This document shows positions 52,816 through 64,000 of a DNA stretch of 64,000 nt, one piece after another. The notes under the pieces were generated by a model. The model was not told the DNA's origin. It made no database searches and saw only the letters and a list, made by a program, of their open reading frames with translations. Source of the DNA: the human T2T-CHM13v2.0 reference genome, Homo sapiens; NCBI RefSeq assembly GCF_009914755.1, contig NC_060930.1; one strand, written 5' to 3'. Both the position numbers and the translations under genes were made by a program. Each line of letters starts with the position of its first letter. Positions within the stretch are counted from its first letter, which is position 1.

Positions 52816-53077
52816 ATTGTAACAGTTTCCCTCTGTTTTGCCACTAGGAGATTCAGGACAGATTTGGTGGCCTATCTGTAGCTGTTTAAGATCTGTATTT
52901 TGTGTATTAAATTAACCTCAATTCCCCTTGCCCAAACTTTTTGTCTGTTTTTTACCCTGTTGTAATGTATAAATTGATATAACCTTGCTTTTAAACTAGG
53001 AGGGGGTATGAATATAAGTAATATATGATGTAATATATTTTGTATATACAGACTATTTATATAATCGTTTGTATATA

Positions 53078-53407
53078 TAGTCCTCCCTCAGTATCCATGG
53101 GGGATTGTTTTCAGGACTCCTTGCAGATACCAAAATCCATGGATGTTTAAGTTTTTGATAGAAAATGATATTTGCATATAACCTATGCATGTGCTTCCAT
53201 ATATTTAAATAATCTCTAGATTATTTATAATAACTAATACAATGTAAATGCAATGTAAGCAGTTGTTATATTGTGTTGCTTGGGAATGACAGAAAGTCCA
53301 TACATGTTCAGTACAGACACAACATTTCTTTTTTTTCCTGAATATTTTTGATTAATGGTCACTTGAATCCACAGATGCAAAAGCCACAGATAAGGAGGGC
53401 TGCCTGT
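53078..53407. mobile_element. MER2 (Tigger-family MITE)
   Basis: AGTCCTCCCTCAGTATCCATGGGGGATTG...CAGATAAGGAGGGCTGCCTG. Confidence 0.88.
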
Positions 53408-53418
53408 GTCTATAAATA

Positions 53419-54621
53419 CAGCTATACTTTGCTTAATGACAGGAATACATTCTGAGAAATGCATCGTTAGGTGATTTCGTCATTGTGTGAACATCATAGA
53501 ATCCACTTACACAAACCTAGATGAGCTGCCCTACTACGCCGCTACTCTGCTATATGGTATAGCCTATTGCTCCTAGGCAATTGTAACATAATTGTAAGTA
53601 TTTGTATCAAAACATATCTAAACATAGAAAAGATACAGTAAAAATATGGTATCAAAGATTTTAAAAGGTACACCTGTATAGGTCAGGATCATCAATATCA
53701 TTGTCTTCCACGTCCACATCTTGTCCCACTGGAAGGTCTTCAGGGCACTTACCATGAATGGAACTTGCAAGACAGGAAGTTGCTCTGGGTGAGTCAGTGG
53801 GTGAGTGGTGAGTGAATGTGAAGGCCTAGGACATTACCGTCTACTACTGTAGACTTTATAAAGCCTGTACACTTAGGTGACACTGTTTATAAATTTTTTC
53901 CATTTTCAATAATAAATTAACCTTAGCTTACTGTAACTTTTTTACTTTATAAACTTAACTTTTTGAAAACTTTTTGACTATTTTGTAATAAAACGTAGCT
54001 TAAAACACAAACACATTGTACAGCTATACAGAAATATTTTCTTTATATTCTTATTCTATAAGATTTTTTCTATTTTTAACTTTTTTACTTTTTAAACTTC
54101 TTTGCTAAAAACTTAAGATGCAAACACGTATTAGCCCAGGCCTACGGAGGGTCAGGATCATCAATACCATTGTCTTCCGTGTCCACATCTTATCCCACTG
54201 GAAGGTCTTTGGGGGCAATAAACACACACAGAGGAGCTGACATCTCCTATGACAACAATGTCTCTGGAAGACCTTCTGAAGGAACTGCCTGAGGCTGTTT
54301 TACAGTTAGCTTTTTATTTTATTTATTTACTGTAGAGGAAGGGTCTTGCTATGTTGCCCAGGCTGGTCTCAAACTCCTGGGCTCAAGCGATCCTCCAGTC
54401 TCATTCTCCTAAAGTGCTCGGATTACAGGCATGAGCCACCATGCCTGGCCCCAGTTAGCTTTAAAAAAAAAAAAAAAATAGGAGTACAGTCTAAAATAAC
54501 TACAAAAAGTTTGGTAAGTACTGAGTGATAGGACTGTATCAGCTCCATTATAATCTTAAAGGACCACTGCTGTATATGTGGTCCGTTGTGGACAGAAAGG
54601 CTGTTATGTGGCCTGGGACTG
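53419..54621. mobile_element. Tigger3b/MER7-type DNA transposon with FLAM insertion (54311-54450)
   Basis: ATACATTCTGAGAAATGCATCGTTAGGTGATTTCGTCATTGTGTGAACATCATAG start; TA-flanked CAG...CTG ends. Confidence 0.88.
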
Positions 54622-55114
54622 TACACATACCCCTGCTGAATATCTCCACCTTGATAGTCCATGTGGCGATACCTTAATTTCAACACATTGAAAATTGATC
54701 CTCCTCCTAAATTCTGTGCCATGAACTCATCTGACCAGTCTCCCAAACTAGTGGTCATCTTAAATCTTTGACTCTTCTTTCTTTCTCCCCCAACCTCATG
54801 TCTAATTCGTCATCAAATCCTCTCAATTTATTCTGGGCTTTCCTCTCTAGCCCCATTCTAGCTGTCCCAGCTGGAACAATTACAAGAGTAATTGCCACCC
54901 TACTCTCTGTTCTGCTTCAGAATAACCTTCCTAAACTGTTTAGTCTTGTTAATGCTCTATTTAAAAGACTTCACTATCTCCCCATTGACTATGTGATAAA
55001 TTTCAAACTACTTTGTATGATGAACAAGGCTCTCCATGATTTGAACGGCGAAGTATTTTCTCTCAATAATGGGAGTTTATCCTCCCTTCTCGGGGTTCAC
55101 TGTACTTGAGTCAC

Positions 55115-55270
55115 ATTGGTTGCAGGTTGGATTCCCTTGGAAGCAGACTCTAAGACAGACAGAGATTGGAGAGTAGGAGTTTTGTCAGGGTGTGCTCCTT
55201 GGATTACTACCTGTAGAAAAGAAGGGAAGAAAGCAGAAAGGGGCTAAGGGGGAAATTGGCCATGACTTGT
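55115..55270 (-). mobile_element. LTR33-like ERVL LTR fragment
   Basis: AGGTTGGATTCCCTTGGAAGCAGACTCTAAGA...GGAAGAAAGCAG. Confidence 0.55.
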
Positions 55271-55562
55271 GGTATGCACGAGCTAGCTTGTATGAAAATT
55301 GGCAAATGCTATAAACCAGGGTCCACTGCTTCCATATGGCCTCCCATTTGCAGCTCTTTGAGTACCTCTGGCCCCACTGGGTTGGGAGCATGGTTCAAGC
55401 TCAAGATGACCTTTAGAGCTGTATGAGATAAAGGAGTCTTTTAGCAAATGTCTTTCTCTCCATCCTCTTGTACTAAAAATTCTCCTGGATTGTCATTCTC
55501 TTTAATTAAGTTACCCACTCCAAAGTCATTTTAATTCATCAGCTTCTTTGTGTTCTTTATGG

Positions 55563-55778
55563 CAGTGCTTCTCAACCCGGGGCAATTTTGCCCTCCAGGG
55601 GACATTTGGAAATATCTGAAGACATTAGTTGTTGTTATTACTGAGTGTGGGGGTACTATTGGCATCTAGTGGGCAGAGGCCAGGAATGTTGCTAAATATC
55701 CTACAACACACAGGATAGCCCCACAACAAAAAATGATCCAACCTCAAATGTTAATAGTGCTGTGGTTGAGAAACTGCT
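55563..55778. mobile_element. MER20 hAT-Charlie element
   Basis: CAGTGCTTCTCAAC...TGGCATCTAGTGGGCAGAGGCCAGG...GTTGAGAAAC. Confidence 0.9.
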
Positions 55779-57224
55779 CTAAGTCCATAATGACTCAGCA
55801 GGAACTTCATTCTAGATGACCATGGGGAAATAATGAAATCAATTGTTTCATCTCTGCTGGTCTTGAGTCAGCCAGAGTCCCTTCCCCTCGCAATTTTTCA
55901 GTGCTAGCTGGATTTTCATTGCCTTTTATCCCTACCAGACTGGGTAATCAATCTCAGATTCTTTTCTATTTCTTTGGAGTTTATGGCCTGCAGTCATTCC
56001 CGTATCAGTTAAAATGCTGTTGCAAGAAAAACAAGCCATCTTGATTTAAAAGAACAGTTTATTGGAAGAATATTGGATAGCTCACAGAAATACCAGGAGG
56101 GCTGGATTGTGGCATCCTCACTGAAATCGGGTAGCCCAATTCATCCGGATACTAGACATCTAAAACTACCACAAAGTAGATCTGGTGAGGTCACTGCCAT
56201 TGGCATCCCAAACATTAAATTTTACAGCTTGTGTACTAGACAGGACACTCCATTGTAGCACCGTGCTGCTGCAGTCCCCAAACACTGGGTGCTGCTGCTG
56301 GAGATGATTCCCTGCTATCCCAGCTCCTCTGCTTCTCCTGTTTCACAGTCTGGTGTGGGTATGTCTGTCTGATGAGGCCTGGGTTGTTAAAACTGCAAAT
56401 AATGCTTTGAGGGTATCTGGTAATTTCAACTTGGATGGTAGAAGGTAAGCTTTACCTTACAAACAACTTGTAAGTTAGAGAATTCATCAGACACAGGGAA
56501 GTATTTCTGGGGAACAACATGGTGACAACTTTTAGGCAGAAAAGGTGTTCATTCCTTTTGACATTCACACAGATTTCAGGCTACTTTATCATAAATATCT
56601 CTAACAGCAAAAGTTTAGAAGTGTGTAGCTCTCTGTATTTTTCTAGTGTGTTATCTCAAGTTAATTTATAGATTTCTGACTCCATCATAACTGCTGTATA
56701 CTTTTTCATATGCCCCTCCCCCACCAACAACTTGTAATTTGGAACCACTATGGTTACTATATTTACTTAGGATAAAATTAGGTGTATGTCCCCTAAAGAT
56801 CTTATCTTTAGTATTCTAATTCATTTCAACATGTGCTAGCAGTGCTAAAATAAACAATGCTGGAAATAGCTTTCTAGGATACAAAGCTAGACAGCATGAC
56901 TTTTCATTTGTCTTTGATTAATTGTGTACTTGCCTCTTTTATGGAAGACAAACCCATATGTAAAGCTATACCAAGACAGAAAAACAATAGACCTTTTTAA
57001 AAGGTTCTTAGTGTGAGTGTGACTTTTTTACTTTTTTCCTTATTGTCACTTGATGGATCTTTCCATTCACCTTTTCTGACATCAAAGATGAAAAATTATG
57101 TGCTTCAGAGATGAGCTGATAATACCCTGACAAGGCTTTGCAAGAGTTTCTGGTAGCCTGTCTTATAAAATACCAACATTTCCTGGAAGACTCAGAAATT
57201 GCCAGTACGGTAGGGTGGTTATTT

Positions 57225-57366
57225 AATTTATGTATTTTTATTTTTATATAAGATAGGGTCTGCCTATGTTGCCCAAGCTGGTCTTGAACTCCTGGGCTCA
57301 AGGGATCCTCCTGCCTTGGCCTCCCAAAATGCTAGGATTTACAGGCATGAGCCACCATGCCGAGCC
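57225..57366 (-). mobile_element. FLAM / Alu monomer
   Basis: Single monomer. Confidence 0.85.
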
Positions 57367-59519
57367 ATGGTGATTATTAAAAAAAAAAAAAAAAAAAAAA
57401 GTGAAGTTAATGAGGTGATTTGATAGAAGGACCCAGAGACAGGTCAGTTTTTGACTTTCACATGAAGACTGGGAGCAGCCAATTTGCCTTTTGCTGTTGG
57501 CGGTGTTTGGTATATGTTGGTAAGACCCCAATCTTACGAGTTCTTATTGCCAAACGTAGGATTGCTTTTTCATTGTTGCCTAAGGTATCTTTCCATACTG
57601 TCGTCTATGATTCCTTCACTTTCATAGATGGAGAAAACTGAGTTGTAGGAAAAGTAGACCACGGATTCAGAATTAAAAATATTAAAAACCAACTGATCAA
57701 ATAAAAACTACTATAAGGCCCAGTGCAGGAAGAAGGGAGGGGAATCCTTATGAGTCAGAGGCTGGAGATCACCACACCCAGTTTCAGAAATCATCAGAAT
57801 GGCAGGCTTGCTTTTTAAATAAACTTTTAATTTCAGAATAGTTTTAGATTTATAGAAAAGTTAAAAAGACAGTATGGCAAATACTGGATCCACACCAGCA
57901 AACTGTCCTTTACTGAAAGTTTATGCTCAAAGAGGTTTGAAGCCTGGTCACCCCCAATGAAAAATGAGAGCTAACGATGTGCCTGGCTGACTACCGATTG
58001 TCCTGCCATATTCACTTTTTGATTTTAGCAGGATCTCCAGTCAATTCTTGTGCACATGACAGTTTGAGAACCATTTAGCTAAGTTACATTCTTGGTCAGC
58101 TTGTTGGGGTGGCGAGGGTGCGGACTGTGCATGTGTTTAGGTGTGTGATTGCGGGTTGATGATGTGATTTTCATTTATTTGGAGAATCCATAATCCAGAC
58201 TCGATTGGACCATAATTGCTAGAATCATGTAGGCCACACTGAGGGAATAAACTGCCTTTCCTCTTCCCTTTGCTTGGTATCTTCTCTCCCAGATCTTCAC
58301 AAAGTTCCCTTCCTCAGGTCTGTCCTTGGAGAGCCCTTTCCTGACCACCCTATTTAAGATGGGCCCTGTCATTCTCTACCTGCTGACCTTGCTTTACATT
58401 TTGTCTTCTCTGACATTATAAAATAGATATATTTGGTTTTTATTTTGTTTGTTGCCTCTGTCTCTCACCATGCACTGGAACATGAGGCCAATGGGAACCA
58501 GGAATCTGCTTTGCATACCACATCCTCACCAAGTCCCTGCTTACTCAATTAAACCATTTTGATTCATTTTCTGAAAAATATAACACTAGCGATTTGGTAG
58601 CACAAACTACTTTTCAATTTTCTTTTCATGAAAAGAAATTCAAGAAGACTTTATTCTAACTCATATTTTTGTGCTAATTTTTTGACTGAGAATTCCTTTT
58701 ATCTCTAAGAATATTTTTAAACATTATGTTTATTACACAAACTTATTGGTGATATAAAAAGAGTAAATGAAAAAAATCTTCCACAATTGCTATTCTAACT
58801 AGTTCCTTTTCTTTTTTCCCTGCTGGGATCCAATTCATATCTATATGGATGAACTTCAGTTTTTAAGTTAATTGTAGAGGTTTGCTGACAAATGTAGATG
58901 ACATATATCAGTTTCTCAGACTAGGGATTTGGGTTTTTTTTCATAATTTTTTTGTTTTTATTTTATGTTTTAAATATATAAACCTTTAAACATTTAAAGT
59001 GGTAAAAATATTCAGTGTTTTAACTTTAAAATAATTATTTAAAAAATTAAGTGTCCCTAAGGAACACAAAAGGACCATGCCAACTTGCAAAGGACAGGAA
59101 ATAAAAAGCCAGAAGTTGATAGGAAGATGGTTTCTTATTCACCATATTCAATGAGGCATGAAAAATGCTTAAATATGAAAGAAAGCTTATCTGATAAGGT
59201 AAATAAAGAATGACTTTTACAAAAGAAAAACATTTTTAAGCAGTGTATCTGCCATAATAGTGGTGATAAATCACTGGCCCTTATAATCATACCAATTTAG
59301 TTTTTACCCAATTCTTTAAGCTTTGAAATATCATTTTCTTGTATCAGTTTAACCAAAATCATGGTCAGTCTGACCATCTGGACCTTCTTATGGTGATGAC
59401 AGTTGGATGCACCTAATCAAAAGTCAGCAACTAACTGTTAATAAAGTAGGAAATTCTGAGTTCACTACATTCTGAGTCAGAAACAACTGGTCAAATAGGT
59501 TTGAAAGATATGCCCAATG

Positions 59520-59880
59520 GTTACCATTTAGCAATAAAAAGGAATAAAGCACTTTTTCATACCAAAACATAGATGAATCTCAAAAACATTAAGTTGAACA
59601 AAAGACAGTTACGGTCTGTACATTTGTATGACACCAATTAAATGAAATTCTAGAAAAGGAAAAAATAATCTAAAGGGACATAAGTTAGATCACTGGTTGC
59701 CAGTGAGAAGGAGGAGTAAATGCAAAATGGCATGAGGAGTCTTTTTGGGGTGATGGTAAGGTTTCATCACTTCCATGCAGTGATAGCCACATGTGTGTAT
59801 ATGTTTGTCAGACTCATCAAACTACATTTAAAATGGGTACACCTTATTGTCTGTAAATAATACTTTAAAGTTGATTTCAA
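59520..59880 (+). mobile_element. L1ME-type 3' end
   Basis: CATAGATGAATCTCAAAAACATT...TTTTTGGGGTGATGG...CTCATCAAACT. Confidence 0.75.
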
Positions 59881-61885
59881 AAAGATATTAAGTCTGTCTT
59901 CTGAAAAACTTTTATTATTCTACCTACTTTTCTCATCAAAACAATTCCAAGCCTCATGAAATGTAATAATTATTGCATTATCTGTTAAAATGTATTCCTA
60001 CTATGTGTTAACACTCCCAGTAATGATTTATTAGCCATATTTTATCAAACTATTTGTTATTCAGTGAATTTTAGGATCTGCCTGATATGAGTGTCCACAC
60101 CTAAATGTTACTGAAAGCCTTTGAACACACCTTTGTCATTGGTTTATTCTTATCTGCTAAGAAATAGAAGTGGCAGATTTCATATATAAACATAGATTTT
60201 AAATATCCATTAAAAGAATAGGGCAGATTGGTGAATGCTGATTTCCATATTAATCTCTTTGTGTTATTACAAATAACTCATTGAACACGAGTCCTTTTCT
60301 TATCGCAGGTAGGCATTGAAATTACATTTAGAAAATAAGGCTAATGAGAAAAATAGCTAGGAAAATGTCCAAATGCAGTTGTTTATACTGTGAACCTCAC
60401 AGTCAATAGTAAAGAATAAAACAAACAGCCTTTCTGAGAAGTCTTGGAAATCACAATTCATACTGGTTCTGTGCAGCCTGTTAACAAGCCAGTCACTTTT
60501 TGCACTCAGGTTGAGAAAGTCATTATTTTTCTTCATTAGTTACAATTCTGCTGACAACAGTATTCTTCTAATAGCCATCCTACAACTCAGTTGGCTACAA
60601 TTGATTTGCAGACTCTGGGTCTTTATTGATAACCTTTACACTGACCTTGTAAGATTCATAGATCCTCATTATGGCAAAAGTCCAAGTGCTTCATGAAACA
60701 AAATGTTTTGGCACAAGCACTGATTCTATAAGCACTGGACAGGACAGAGGTATCTGCAATGAAAGACCATGCTACCTATACCAATATTTTTCCTTGAAAA
60801 GCCCAGTGTAAAACACATGTGTGTATGTGTTTATTCTCCAACAGGACAAATCCAGGTTCCTATTTCTGCCTCTTTTATACTCCAAGGAAATTAAGGCATG
60901 CCTGAATTCTGATGATACCTGTGTCAATACAAAAAAACCACTGAATCTTGTACAGATCTCTTTACATGGATTGAGATCCTTTCCAGCTCATAACAAAATG
61001 GAATTCCTGTGTAAGATAATTGTTTCATGCAACAAAAGATAATCTCTTAAATCTTTTACCATTTGTTTCTTATTAAATGTGGAGAATTGTGTTTTGAGAT
61101 TGTGAAAGTGAAGAAAATAATGTGAAACCCATCGAGGCAGCTTTTTATTAATATACCCTATTCATAAAAATCCTTATTTCCTGGAAGGACTGAGCAAATG
61201 ATGACATTCTCTACAGTAACTTTCCCAGTTAATTCATAAATTTCACTGAGTGTCCACCCACAGTCCATATAAACCTGTTTTATGTGCTCTGGAGGATCAG
61301 GAGATGAAACACTGGAGGAAGTTTTTTGCCCTCAAGGAATGCAAATTGTAACTAGGATTACATAAGAAACATAGGAATACACTGCGTGCGTATTCACACA
61401 AATTCATACACATCTGTCTGTTTCCAGTCTTCGGATAAATGCAGTAATTAACTAGGGATGGTGGTTGTGTTTAGAGTAATAAGGAAGTAAGTGGATTAGA
61501 AAGTGAGATAGGAAAAGGAGAAAGATCATTCCTCCCACCACAGACAATGGAGACATTCTCTCTGCCTGCTTCCATTTTATTTATCTGAGTGGAAGTATCC
61601 CCTATGGACTATTCTGAGGTGTAGGATTTCATACTGGCCCTCTGGAAAATGTCCTATGTAATCAAAAAATGGGTTGTGTATTTTTGTGAGGTAGTGCCGG
61701 CTCAGTAACACACCACCTTGTGATAGATGTCTACTTATCTGTCTTCTTGTGATATTATCAGCCATTGATAGATGAAAAATAATCTATTATAAGAGATTAC
61801 AAAATGGTGGCATTCTAGTTCTATAATTTCTTCATCTATTAACTAAAATAATGTCAGATGTTTGCTTCTTCAACCATTTGGTTAC

Positions 61886-62638
61886 TGTATTAGAGTTCTA
61901 TAGAGGGTTAGAACTAAGAAGATAGATATATGTATTTAAAGGGGAGTTTATTAAGTAGTAGTAACTCACATGATCACCAGATCACAATAGGCTGTCAGCA
62001 AGCTGAGGAGCAAGGAAGCCAGTCCGAGTCCCAAAGCTGAAGAACTTGGAGTCTGGGCTGGGTGCTGTGGTTCACGCCTGTAATCCCAGCACTTTGGGAG
62101 GCCAAGGTGGGCAGATCACAAGGTCAGGAGATCAAGACCATCCTGGCTAACACGGTGAAACCCCGTCTCTACTAAAAATACAAAAATTAGCTGGACATGG
62201 TGGCGGGCGCCTGTAGTCCCAGCTACTCAGGAGGCTGAGGCAGGAGAATGGCGTGAACCCGGGAGGCAGAACTTGCAGTGAGCCAAGATCACCACTGTAT
62301 TCCAGCCTGGGTGACAGAGCAAGACTCTGTCTCAAAAAAAGAAAAACAAAAAACAAAAAACTTGGAGTCTGATGTTCAAGAACAGGAAGCATGCAGTACG
62401 GGAGAAAGATGTAGATGGGGAGGCTAAGCCAGTCTAACCGTTTCACATTTTTCTGCCTGCTTTATATTTGCTGGCAGCTGATTAGATGGTTCCCACCCAG
62501 ATTAAAGGTGGGTTGGCCTTTCCCAACCCACTGACTCAAATGTAAATCTCCTTTGGCAGCACCCACACAGACACACCCAGGAACAATACTTTGCATTCTT
62601 CAATCCAATCAAGTTGACACTCAGTATTAGCCATCACA
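61886..62638 (-). mobile_element. MLT2A-type LTR (3' LTR of HERV-L) interrupted by Alu 62056-62360
   Basis: TGTATTAG...AAGTTGACACTCAGTATTAGCCATCACA; Alu TSD AACTTGGAGTCTG; polypurine tract AAGGGGTGGACT adjoins on the minus strand. Confidence 0.92.

Positions 62639-64000
<1,362 letters not shown>

Overview
Mammalian (human-type, Alu/L1-rich) genomic DNA containing the complete POPDC3 gene on the minus strand. It has a non-coding exon 1 in a CpG island (~25.2-26.0 kb), a ~17.6-kb intron 1, and three coding exons (7662-7178, 5568-5460, 4500-4219) that splice with GT-AG junctions into the 291-aa Popeye-domain cAMP-binding membrane protein. The 3' UTR ends near 3.65 kb. A plus-strand polyA signal at 15662 fits my recollection that the lncRNA BVES-AS1 overlaps this gene antisense, but I cannot place its exons. 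The remaining ~38 kb upstream is intergenic and dominated by transposon fossils: more than 30 Alus, L1/L2/MIR, several solo LTRs, a near full-length Tigger1 hit by six Alus, MER75, MADE1, MER2, Tigger3, MER20, and the 3' LTR plus dUTPase/integrase end of a HERV-L provirus. I see no evidence of a new multi-gene system. The best leads are regulatory: three uORFs, inverted Alus flanking the start-codon exon (circRNA candidate with a predictable truncated product), tandem splice donors, a spacer-less (GT)15(AC)14 palindrome near the promoter, and an MLT2A LTR pointing toward POPDC3. Repeat subfamily names come from remembered consensus sequences and repeat boundaries are approximate.
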